From the human T2T-CHM13v2.0 reference genome, Homo sapiens: a stretch of 64,000 bases of DNA. Shown here one piece after another: positions 46,520 to 59,668 of this stretch; position 1 is the stretch's first letter, and each line of letters starts with the position of its first letter. A program made the translations under genes and the position numbers. The DNA lies in assembly GCF_009914755.1 (NCBI RefSeq), contig NC_060926.1. The stretch is one strand, 5' to 3'. The notes under the pieces are model-generated. The model made no database searches, was not told where the DNA came from, and saw nothing but the letters and a program-made list of their open reading frames with translations.

Positions 46520-48060
46520 GATGTGGGCAGGACAAGTCTTGGGGTGCCTGCTACTCCCATAGTCCTCTTCCCATGAGTTCCTCCCACTGTGGGCTGCCAT
46601 GTTGGAACCATGATCATGTGACCACATGGCCACAGCTGATTGGACAGTGGATAGACCGCATGGCCAGTGCCTATTCTGCAGAATCACTCCTTGGGCAGTA
46701 TGAATATGAAAGAGAGAGAGGCAACTGAGTGGTTGGTCATGGGAAAAGAAACTGAACCTCCATCAGAGAGAAGTAATACTCAGAAACTACGAGTTGGAGA
46801 ATCTGTGAATAGGTAGAGGCTGTAACTAGCAGAGGTCAGGAGGTAGAGGAAAGAGAAAGAGTAGGTTGCAAGCAGTCATAGTTACAGGGACAGGAGGCAG
46901 GGATATTCTGGGCAGAAGCAGGCGGGTCCCCAGTGAGGGTCCAACCCTCAAGCCTGGAACCACAGCCCAAAGTGAGAACATGCATTCCTGTTTTCCTGCT
47001 CAAATGTTGCATTTTCCAAAACCACCCATGGCCTGCCCTGTCTCCCATCTTCTGTCCATAAAAACCCTAGGCTGCACTGTCAGAGAGGAGAAGAGGAGAA
47101 GTGCAGGACGTCAGAGACTACAGTTGGACATCAGGAAGAAGCAGTTTGACTTCAGAGGGATGGCTTGATGGCATTGCTTCGGACAGGAGTCTAGCTGGGG
47201 ATGGCTGGACTCCAGGGGAAGATCACCTTCCTGCTCCATCCCCTTTCCAGCTCCCCTTCCTGCTGAGAGCCACTTTCATTGGCAATAAAATCTTTTGCAT
47301 TCATCACCCTTTAATTCATTTGTACGATCCGATCTTTCCTGGACAGTGAACAAAAGCTCAGGTACCACAGGTGCAGATGCAGAAGACTGTCACACTGACC
47401 CTCTCACTGGCAGAAAGCAGCCATCTCACGTGAAAAGGCAGAGGGCTCACTGAGCTGTTAACACTTAAACTGTCCATGGACAGCAAAGCTAAAAGAGCGC
47501 TGACTGTAACACTCCTTCTGGGGCTTCGGGAGTCATGGGTATTCCCTGCTAGATGCTGCCGCAAGGCCTACATGGAGTTTTGCTTCTGCTGGTGCCCAAA
47601 AGCAATCACCCTGGCTCCCACACCCACTCACCTGCATGCTACCTCCCATGAGGGGTTGAGTACAATGGGTTCAAGTGAGTGGAGTTTGCCCCCATTGGCA
47701 CCAAAGCAGCTGGCTAGCTCCAGTGCCCACACTCCGGTTCCCACCCATGAAGGGGTCAGGGAAAATTTCCTGCTTCAATAGGGACAATGGAAGACAGACC
47801 CTTAAGAGCTGAGTAAAGGTAAAGGCTAAGGGCATCAGAGGGCTCCTGCTGCTGAGGTGGTGATCACCCTAAGACCACCCTTCCTGGACTACTTCCCTAT
47901 TTCCATGAGGCCTGGCTGTAAAAATATTTCTGCGGTCCCTTTGAAGCTTGTGCCTGTCATCTATATTCCATCCCTTACTCCAGAGCTGCCCTTATAATAA
48001 ACACAGCTTACTTAAGCAACCACAGTACAGCTCAGTTTCTTAAAACCTAAGACTAACGTA
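46520..48060 (+). mobile_element. Ancient ERVL-type LTR split by a younger LTR1-like element
   Basis: gccacagctgattggac 5' part; aataaacacagcttacttaagc...aacctaagactaa 3' part. Confidence 0.45.
46882..47777 (+). mobile_element. LTR1-family (ERV1) solo LTR
   Basis: ggacaggaggcagggatattctgggcagaag...accctcaagcctgga; internal AATAAA; ends cctgcttca; 4-bp TSD atag. Confidence 0.8.
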
Positions 48061-48434
48061 CCTATCGTATGAACCTCTGGGTACTTCTACTCCCCTACTC
48101 TTACCTAAGTGCCATACACAACCCAGCTGCCAGTTAGCCCCAGTTGGGCCACTTGTGGTTCAACAAAGGACCCATCTTTCAAGACCCTGTGAAATAAATC
48201 AGAAATTATCACCTTTCAGGTGCTGAAATTGGCAGGTGTTGGAAAGGTGGGTGATGTGTGGTATTTGGGGCTAGAAGACATAGCCAGTGACCTTCCACCA
48301 CACTGCATTGAAAAGCTCTCTATTCCACCTCCTTAAAGCCCAGCCCTGCACAGCTCCCAACCTGGTAGATTAGGGCTGGAAAAGTAACCTAACAAGAGTT
48401 TGTCCCATGGTGGTAGAAAGAGAAAATAAAAATC

Positions 48435-50670
48435 TCCACTAACTGGCTCTTCTCCCATCTCTCTCCCTCTTCTTGTCCCTCCCTATTCCCTGAGTCACAA
48501 TGATATTGAAATTAGGCTAGTTAATAACCCTACAATGGCCTCTAAATGTTTGAGTGAAAGAAAGGGTCGCATGTCTCTCACTTTAAATTAAAAGCTAGAA
48601 ATTTTTAAGTTTAATGAGGAAGGCATATTGAAAGCCAAGACTGGCTGAAAGCTATGCCTCTTGCACCAAACAGTCAGTTGAGAGTGCAAAAGATAAGTTC
48701 TTGAAGAAAATGAAAAGTACTACTCCAAAGAACACATGAAGATTAAAAAAGAAAAGTGAAACCTTATTATTAGCATTATTGCTGATATGGAGAAAGCATG
48801 AATGCTCTGGATAAAGGATCAAACCAGCCACAACATTCCCTTAAGATGAAGCCTAATCCAGGGCAAGGCCCTAACTCTCTTCAGTTCTATGAAGGCTGAG
48901 AGAGATGAGGAAGCTGCAGGAGAAAAGTTGAAAGCTAGCAGAGGTCGGTTCATGAGGTTTAAGGAAATAAGCTTTCTCTCTAACAGAAAAGTACAGAAAC
49001 AGCAAGTGCTGATGTAAAAGCTGTAGCAAGTTATCCAGAAGATCAAACTGAGATATTGATGAAGGTGTTTACACTCAACAACAGATTTTCGATGTAGATG
49101 AAATGGCCTTCTGTTGGAATAAGACATTATCTACGTCTTTCAGAGCTAGAGAGAAGTCAATGCCTGGCTTCAAAGCTTCAAAGGACAGGATGACTCTCTT
49201 GTTAGAAGCTAATGCAGCTGGTGACTTTAAGTTGAAGTCAATGCACATTTACCATTCCAAAAATGCTAGGGGCCTTAAGAATTATGTTAACTCTTAGCCT
49301 TTACTTTCTGCTATAAAAAAGAAAAAGAAAAAAAAGAAAAGAATTATGTGAACTCTACTCAATGTTTTATAAGTGGAATAACAAAGCCTGGCTGACAGCA
49401 TTTCTGTTTACAGCATGGTTTACTGAATTTTTTGAGTCCACTGTTAAGACTTACTGCTCAGAAAAAGAGATTCTTTTCACATTACAGCTTATTGACAATA
49501 GAACTGGTTCCCCAAGAGCTCCAATGGAGATGTCAAAGGAGATTAAAGTTGTTTTCATGTCTGCTAACACAACATCCATTTTGCAACTCATAAGATCAAG
49601 GAGTAATTTCGACTTCAAAATCTTATTTAATAAATTCATTTCATAAGGCTATAGTTGCCATAAATAATGATTCCTCTGATGGATCTGGGCAAAGTAAATT
49701 GAAAATTTGGAAAACATTCATCACTCTAGATACCATTAAGAACATTTGTGATTCATGAGAGGAGGTGAAAATATCGACATTGGCCAGGCACGGTAGATCC
49801 TAACACTTTGGGAGACTGAGGTGAGAGGATTGCTTGAGCCCAGGAGTTTGAGACCAGCCTGGGCAACAGAGAGAGACCTTGTCATCTCAAAAAACAAACA
49901 AACAAACAAACAAACCCACAATATTAATAAGAGTTTGAAACAATAGATGACTTTGAGGGGTTCAAGACTTCAGTGGAGGAAATAACTGCAGATATGGTAG
50001 GAACAGCAAGAGAACACTAGAGAACTAGAATTAGAAGTGGAGTCTGAAGATGTGACTGAATTGCTGCAACCTCTTGATAAAACTTGAATGAGTGAGTAGT
50101 AGCTTCTTATTGAACAAAGAAAGTGCTTTCTTGAGATAGAATCTACTCAACAAAGTATTCAGAATATTCCCAAATTAATTACTAAGGCAGCAGCAGAGTT
50201 TGAGAGTATTGAGCCCAATTTTGAAAAAAAGTTATTCTGTGGATACAATGCTCTCAAACAGCATCACATGCTACAGAGAAATTTTTTGTAACAGGAAGAG
50301 CCAATTGATACAGCAAAGTTCATTGTTGTTTTATGTTAAGAAATTGCCACAGTGGCCCACAAATTCATCAGCCACCACCCTGATCAATCAGCAGCCATCA
50401 ACATTGAGGGAAGACCCTCCACAAGCCAAAAGATTATGACTGGCTGAAGGCTCAGATGATCATTAGCATTTTTTAGCAATAAAGTATATTTTAAAGTTAA
50501 GGAATTTAGACTGGTTTTCTAGACATAATGCTATTGCATACTCAATAAACCACAGTATAGTGTAAACATAACTTTCATATGTTTAATGTAACTGGGAAAC
50601 AGAAACTTGTGTGACTCACTTGATTGTGGTGGTCTGGATCTGAACCCTCGCTATCTCCCAGGTATGCTTG
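48435..50670 (+). mobile_element. Tigger1 (TcMar-Tigger) with decayed transposase; 5' end missing
   Basis: ORF remnants [30 protein letters not shown] and YKWNNKAW; 3' terminal inverted repeat ggtatgcttg followed by TA. Confidence 0.93.
49782..49915 (+). mobile_element. FLAM-C monomer inside Tigger1
   Basis: ggattgcttgagcccaggagtttgagaccagcctgggcaaca with (AAAC)n tail. Confidence 0.85.
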
Positions 50671-50739
50671 TACTTTCTCCACGGTTTTGTCCTTCAGCCT
50701 TCTTGTGGGAAATGGGAGAAATCACAGCTAATGGACACC

Positions 50740-50935
50740 GAGCTGATGCTTACCAAGCTATTACCATGTCCTGGGCATTGTCCTGAGTGTTTATCACATC
50801 CTGATCCTCACAGGAACCCTATGAGATTGGCCCATATTGGCCCCATTTAGAGATGGGACAATTGAGGCACAGAAAGATAACTTTTCGAAGATGGCACAGC
50901 TAGGAAGCCACAGAACTGAGATGTGAACCTGCAGG
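50740..50935 (-). mobile_element. MIR
   Basis: atcctcacaggaaccctatgag...ccccatttagagatggg...tgaggcacagaaag. Confidence 0.75.
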
Positions 50936-51384
50936 GGCCAACTTTAAAGGCCTGGATTCATCTTCAGGAGTTAACTATAGGATAAAAGCCCTCATCGTCC
51001 AACTGTGTGGGTCCAGGGAGCTCAGGGCCCTTCAGAGACAGAGAAGGTGGGCATTTTGTTTTCAAAGTTGTTGAAGTTTCCTCCCAAACATACTATCTAG
51101 TGTCTGCCTGATATTCCATCATGTAAACATACCATCACTTCAAACCATTTTCCTGATGTGAAACATTTATGCTGTTCCCAAGTCTTTGGTATTTTGGACA
51201 GGAATACCTTTGTACCTACTTCATGGTCTGGTGATCCCTCTCACTCCTTCCTTTTAAACTCTCTACAGCCTCTCTGGGCAACCTGTTGTGGTGGACCATG
51301 CCTCTTCATCCTCCTCCGTATTGTCCACCACCTGTGAACAGAACACACAGCAGAGATTCAGCAGTGGCCTCTACCTGTCAGAGC

Positions 51385-51563
51385 AGGGTTGCCAGGCAAA
51401 GTAGAGGAGGCCCAATTATATTTGAAGTTCAGCTAAGTAAGCAATAATTTTTAGTATAAGTATGTCCCCAGTATTTCAGGGGACATACTTATACTAAAGA
51501 TTGTTTTCTTGTTTATCTACAATCCACATTTAACTGGGCATCCTGTGTTTTTCTGGCAACCCC
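51385..51563. mobile_element. MER53 palindromic MITE (hAT)
   Basis: agggttgccag...ctggcaacccc termini; perfect internal 20-bp inverted arms. Confidence 0.88.
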
Positions 51564-52516
51564 GTCTCAGAGGGCTTGCTTCTTCCTGCAACAGCAGTTT
51601 TAACCAGCTGAGCACTTTATTTCGTTTTTGCCATGGAAGAATTGATTTTCTTTTCCTCTGCTCAGGGTGGGGCAGTGGGGTGCTGGTGCATTTTAAGAAT
51701 TGAAAATGCTTCAGCGCTTGCAACTTTCCCAAGCTGGTCTTCCCAGCCTCAGAATTGTTACTGTTACTTTTCTGCTTGGTTTAGGCTCTGAGTCCAGATT
51801 TGCCACGTTCTATCCCTTAGGCATTGAGAACTTATGAACTTACCTTTGCTTGCATCGGGGTTGTGTTCAGGGACCTCTCCTGGGTTAACTGGCATCCGGG
51901 GTCAGAGTGAGGTGGATGAGGAGAAACGCATCAGCCCTCGGCCCCTGGATACTCCGCCAGTGGCTTCACACCTGGGAGTCACAGACCCTGCTGAGTGAAG
52001 GTCAGCCACACTGAACAGTCCTTCTGAGAATGGGCTTTTTAACCAGCAGAGAGAGTGGTCACCAATAGAACACCAGGCCTTGACGATTGGAGGACTTAGC
52101 ACAAAAGAAGGTGGGAGGGAGGACAGAGGACAGGGAAGCCTGCTTGGTGTCCTGTGGTGGTCCAGCAGAAGGACAGAAGTGTCCAGAGCGCTCCCAAACA
52201 GAGGCAAGCTGCATCTGCTCCAGGAAGGCTTTCTTGATAGAAAAAGAGGGGGCAGCATCCTCTCATTTATCCCCCGCCTCTCCCAGAGGGCATGCCTGGG
52301 CCAAGGCTCACCTGGCTTCATGTGTGATCTGTGTCTGTATTCACCCTACATCAGCTCAGTTCAACACATCTTTCTGAGCACCTGCTATGTGCTAAGCACA
52401 GTAGAAAGCTCACATTACAAAGAAAGATGCAGTCCCTTTCTTCACGGAAACCACTTTCTCTTGTGGGAGGGAGATCCACAAAGAGAACATTTCAGTCTGT
52501 GAGCTGGGTGCTATGA

Positions 52517-53461
<945 letters not shown>

Positions 53462-54789
53462 TGATGCAAAGAGAGCAAGAGAGTGCTCTGCAGTCTCTTT
53501 GCTAAGGGCACTAATCCTATTCATGAGGGCTCCATCCTCATGACCTAATTGCCTCCCAAAGCCCCACCTCCGAACACCATCACCTTGGGGGTGAGGATTT
53601 CCACACAGGAATTTGCGGGGGAGGGCACACACATTCAGACCGTAACACCATGAGATTGAGGAAACAAATACTTTTTAGTGCTCACATCTTCAGGAAATAA
53701 CTTGGCACAGCCTACTCAGGGACACCTTTTGCCCACAGAAATCCAGCAAAGGAAATTGTTCAAAAGCTCATTACACACAAGCACCTACTGCATCCCTGGG
53801 CACCCTTTCCTCATCCATCTCTTCTTCTCTCTACCTGCAAACTGTCTGTCTGGGCTAGTTTGGGCTAATTACTGAGCAATAAAATGTCTGATTTTTATAT
53901 AGTGGCTCTGTTCAGAGCTGCCAAAAACATTAAAAGTAGGGCCAGGGTAGGAGAGAAAAACATATTTTTTCATAATTTTACCTAGAAGATTCATTTGAGA
54001 GGGAGAAATAGGCTCACTGCCCTAACGAGAGAGTTGGATAAAAACAAATTCCTCATTAATTTTAAATATGTCAACTGGAGAAGGAGATTAAAGTGAGGAC
54101 GACTGATGAATGGTGCTTCTGGGAACAGACGAAAGCACACCGAGGAAAGGGGATGGGGTCCCCAGTAGGCCCTCAACAGAAACAGAGCTACCCTCACTAG
54201 CTCTGCAGGGACAGCAGCTCTGGAGGGTGCCCCTTGGAATAGGGGCACCATGCACTGGACACCCCCTCCCACGGCAGGGGCTGGCACTGCCCACTCAGCT
54301 GGCAAGACTATAGAGTGATGAGGACTTGGCTCTGATGAAGCTGGAGCTGGAGATGAAATACTGCGGGCTCTTGGCATCCTCCTAAGTGGCCTGGCAAGGT
54401 GTAGATAACAATAAGGGAGCATCCCCACTCAGTGTTTACTTTCAGCTGTCTCTAGTAGGCAAGTTGCAAATGTTCGCCTTTATTAACGCACGTGTTTTCT
54501 CATTACTCTGTGAAGCAGATGGGTCTATGGTGTCTTCAGGAAAGAAATGCTGGCCGGTTTCTTAGAGCAGCTTCGAATTCCAGCCCCTGGTACCGTGCTC
54601 AGATTGCTGTGCAACTTAGAGGGGGCCCGTTGGCTCCTGCCAAAGTGGCAAGAGTTGAGTGTTGAGGGAGTGGTTGGTAGGACAGGTGGCCAACATCAAA
54701 GGAAAGCTGAGCTACTATTCAGAGCTGCTGTCTATCCAGGCTCTTTGTGGGATGCCCTCCGATTTACCTGTGGGTTCTCGTGGGAGCCC

Positions 54790-55251
54790 ATGCAGGTGTG
54801 TTTTCTGTGTGCTCAGCCTCCCTTGTAGAACCAGTCCTCCCTACTCTTGGTCCAGATAATTCAGGTCAAGGGTGGGCACGTGACCAGGATCAGGCCACTT
54901 ACAATTGTATGTATTTCTGGGTATGTGACTCAAGCCAGAAAAGTCAGAATCAATTTAGGACCTTTCTGGAGATATTGGAAGAGGGACTCTTTTTATGGTT
55001 TGCTAAGTTGGTGGAATGTAAAATATCTTTGCCATTGTTTGGGGAAAGCCTGCCTAGAAATAGAAACAATGTGAAAGAAAGCAGGGCTAAAATTGAGAGG
55101 TGGAATCCCAGTTACATGGTTTTAGTACTTGGGTCAAGCTGTGCCTGAAACCCATAAACTTTCCGTTACCTGAGCCAATGCCACCTTTTTGCCTTAATCC
55201 AGCTTGGGTTTAGTTTCTATAGTTTACAACCAAAAGACCTCCGTTTCATAC
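54790..55251 (+). mobile_element. MLT1K-like old LTR
   Basis: gggtgggcacgtgacc...aagctgtgcctgaa...ttacctgagccaat...tacaaccaaaaga. Confidence 0.65.
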
Positions 55252-55596
55252 TCTAGGTATATAAACTGGGACATGTTCTATTTCTGAGACTCAGTTTTCT
55301 CACAGGTAAAATAGAGATAATATGCTCCATCTACAGCTATTGAAGACAGCCAGTCACAGGACCAAGAATATGATCTTTCCTTGGCCATATTAACCATTTT
55401 GGTCCTAGGTTTCTCTTGCAAAATGGGCTAACAAGACTGCTTGACCTCCCAGGAATGGAAGCAGTTGGGATAATGGATGTGGAAAGGAATCTGTACACTT
55501 ATATGCAATTTTTTTTTCTGGGGGTAACCACATTAAAAAAAAACTTTTTATTTTTGAGATGATTGTGGATCCACATGCAGTGATAAGAAGCAACAC

Positions 55597-55898
<302 letters not shown>

Positions 55899-56031
55899 GA
55901 AGCAACACACCCTTCACCCGGTTTCCCCAGTAGTAACATCTTGCATTACTATAGTATAATAGCAGAATTAGGAAACTGGCATTGATGCAGTACATTGACC
56001 TTCGAATTTCACCACTTTTACATGCATGCAG

Positions 56032-56032
<1 letters not shown>

Positions 56033-56067
<35 letters not shown>
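56033..56067. repeat. (TG)n
   Basis: Directly visible. Confidence 0.95.
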
Positions 56068-56070
<3 letters not shown>

Positions 56071-56586
56071 CTTAGTTCTATGCAATGTGAGTTCGTATGA
56101 CCACCACCACAGTCAGAATATAGAATACAAGGATCCCTTATGCTATCCTGTTTTAGCCATGGTCTCCTCCTCCCCTCTCATCTTGCCAAACCCCTGACAG
56201 CCGCAAATCTGTTCTCCAGCTCTGCAATTTTATTATTTCAAAAATATTGTATACACAGAATCGTATGATAGGTAGCTTTTTTAGATTGGCTCTTTTCACT
56301 CAGCATAACTCCACTGAGATCCATCCGACTTGCTGCATGTATCAGTAGCTTCTCCCTTTTATTGATGAATGGTGTTTCATGGTATGGACATAGCACAGTG
56401 TAATAGATTATTAAAAGGCATTTTGATTGTCTCCAGCTTTTCTGGCTATAACAAATTAAGTTGCTATGAACATTGTGTATAAATTTTTGTAAAAACACAA
56501 GATTTTGAAATGAAAATTTCTCTGGGATAAAGGCCCAAGGGTGTAATTGCTAGATAAGTCCATTTTTAGTTTTAAAAGAAACTGAT

Positions 56587-56905
<319 letters not shown>

Positions 56906-57349
56906 AAAACTGACAAACTATTTTTCAGAATGGCTGTACTATTTTTCATTTCCACCAGCAGTGTATAAGTGGTCTGATTTTTCTGCATCCTCAGCAGCAT
57001 TTGGTGTTATCACTATATTTTATTTTAGCCATTCTGGTAGGTGTGTGATGCTATCTCGTTGTACTTTTAATTGGTATTTTTCTACTGGCAAATGATGTTG
57101 AATATCTTTTCACAGGCTTGTTTCCCATCTGCACATCCTCTTCAGTGAAATGTCTGTTACATGTCTTTTTCCCATTTTTTAATTGGATTGTTGAGTTTTG
57201 AGAATTGTTATGTATTCTAGATACAAGTCCTTTGTCTAATATGTGATTTTCAAATAATTTTTCCCAATCTGTAGCTTGTCTTTTTGTCCTCTTAACATAC
57301 GCTTTTACAAGAAAAGCTTTTAATTTTGATAAGATTCAATTTATCAATT

Positions 57350-57646
57350 TCTTCTCTTTTTCTGAGACAGGGTCTCATTCTGTTGTCCAGGCTGCAGTGG
57401 CACGATCATGACTCACTGCAGCTTTGACCTCCCAGGCTCAAGCAATCCTGCCACCTCACCCTCCTGAGTAGCTGGGACTATAAGCACATGCCACCATGAC
57501 TAGCTAATTTTTAAAAAATATATTTTTAGTAGAGAAGAGGTCTCTCTATGTTGCCCAGGCTGGTTTCAAACTGCTAAGCTCAAGCGATCCTCCTGCCTCA
57601 GCCTCCCAAAGTGCAGGGATTACAGGCATGAGCCACTACAGCTGGC
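57350..57646 (-). mobile_element. AluJ
   Basis: gctcaagcgatcctcctgcc; ctatgttgcccagg. Confidence 0.9.
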
Positions 57647-58760
57647 GTCTCCCTAAGTATTTAGGTCTTCTTTGGTTTCTTTCATCAGCACTTTGTAATT
57701 TCAGCATAAGGATGCTGTGTATGTTTTGTTTGATTTGTTTGATAACTATTTCCCTTTCTTTGGGCAATTATTAATTGTGTTGCATTTTTAATTTTGGTTT
57801 CCACTTGTTCATTGTCAGTATATAGGAATGCAACTGATGTTTGTGTATTGATCTCGTATCCTGTGATCTTACTGAACTCAATTATTAGTCCTATGAGGTT
57901 TTTGTTTTGTTTTGTTTTGCAGATTCCTTGGGATTTCAATCATATTGTCTGCAAATAAAGACACTTCTATCTTCTCCTTTTTTACTCTAAATGACTTTTA
58001 TTTCTTTTTTTCCCTTATTGCAATGACTAAAACTTCCAGTACATTGTTGAATAAGAGTGGTGAGAGCAGTCATCCTTATCTTGTTCCCATCTTAGAAGGA
58101 GAGCATTCAATCTTTCACCATTGAGTATAATGTTAGCTTTAGGTTTTTGCAGATGATCTTTATGAGATCAAGCAAGTTCCCCTTTATTCCTAATGTACTG
58201 AGTGCCTTTAATATTGATGGGTGTTGAAGTTGTCAAATGTTTTTCTATGTCAATGGATATGATCATATTTTTCTTCTTTGGCCTGTTGATATGGTGAATC
58301 ACATTGAGCTAGCTGTACATATGTGGAATAAATGCCATGTGGTCACAGGATTTATACATTGTTAGATTCAATTGGCTAAAATTTTGTTCAGAATTTTTGC
58401 CCATATTTTAATTGGAATTTCTTTTACTGCTGAGTTTTGTGAGATTCATATATTCTAGATACAAGTTCTCTGTTAGATATATAGGTTGCAAATATTTTCT
58501 CCCAGTCTATAGCATGTATTTTCATCCTCCTTACAGGTCTTTTGCAGAGCAGAAGTTTTAAATTTAGGTAAGGTCAAATATATCAATCTGCTATGAACTG
58601 AATTGTGTCCTTCAAAAATTCCTATGTTGAAGCTCTAACTCCCAATGAGACTCAGTGTGACTCTGTTTCGGCCTGAGAGAAGGTGATAAAAGTTAAATGA
58701 GGTCATAAGGGTAGGGCCTTAATTCCATAGGGTTGGTGCTCTTACAAGAAGAAGAGAGAC

Positions 58761-59668
58761 AGGGGAAAGAGGAGCAACAAAGAAAGCTTTGAAAGAGCAG
58801 CCATTGACTTTGAGGAAGCTCAGGAAAGGATGGTGTCCAGGAAGTGGGAGAAGAAACTTTTTCAATATGGAGAGAGATCCTGATACTTCAGAAGCCCCTG
58901 ATAATTCAAATCTTTTTATACAGAAACAACGAGCTATGCCTTGGGATCAAAATCCAGAACAATCGAATGGAAATTGCAGTGAAGATGAACAAAAGGGAAA
59001 GCAGAAATGGAGAGAAGGAGGAGGAGAACCAGGCGGAAAGAGAAAGTGAGAAAAAGAAGAGGAAAATGAAAAGGAGCTGGAAGATGAACAGGAAAAAAAA
59101 GAGGAAAACGGAAATGAGAAACAGAAACAGTATCCCAAGAAAAGATTAGTCAGGAAATACCTGATGGACAATCTCTGGGCAAAGTTTAAGTTAAACAGGT
59201 GCCCCACAATACAAGAGAGTCTATCACTCTCATTTGAATTTGGCATGACACATAAACAGATAAATCAAAGGTTTTGTAAAAAGAGGAAGAAATATAACAA
59301 ATAAATGTCCAAGAGAAAGAGTAAGAAAACACATATGAGATGGGGTCTCTCTGTATTGCCAAGGCTGGTCTCGAACTCCTGCCCTCAAGCGATCTTCCCA
59401 CCTTGGCTTCCAGAAATGCTGTGAATCCAAGCATGAGCCATCGCACCTGGCTAAGACATTTTATATGACACCATTCTCACCAATAAATGGAGTTCTGAAA
59501 GGATAAACAAGAAAATATTAACAATCATTAATTCCGTGGAGTAGAACTAAATGAGGGGCATGCAAAGGAGGTTTTATACATTTTATTTTGACCCTATTGT
59601 AGATTTAAAGTTTTTATAATGGATGTTAAAATTGATTTTATTTAAGAAAAAAATCAATAAAAAAAAAA
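58761..59668 (+). pseudogene. NANOGNB: Processed pseudogene of NANOGNB (NANOG neighbour homeobox); symbol given is the parent gene
   Basis: One frame from ATG 58867 reads ...AMPWDQNPEQSNGNCSEDEQKGKQKWRE...NEKQKQYPKKRLVRKYLMDNLWAKFKLNRCPTIQESLSLSFEFGMTHKQINQRFCKKRKKYNK*MSKRK, closely matching recalled human NANOGNB. Intronless; in-frame stops at 59047 (TGA) and 59302 (TAA); AATAAA at 59656 then an A tail; degenerate TSD ending agac. Confidence 0.93.
59337..59452 (-). mobile_element. Alu left arm/FLAM carried within the retrocopy
   Basis: gagatggggtctc...ggctggtctcgaactcctgccctcaagcgatc...atgagccatcgcacctggc. Confidence 0.85.

Noticed and set aside
49295-49314. Y3 RNA origin for the micro-insertion
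   Set aside because: Only tagccttt resembles the recalled Y3 3' end; too short, and the following bases do not fit
58844-59149. 101-aa K/R-rich ORF
   Set aside because: Alternative frame of the purine-rich NANOGNB retrocopy
58761-59668. Functional NANOGNB gene or retrogene
   Set aside because: Two in-frame stops, one before the homeodomain, loss of Trp48, and no introns
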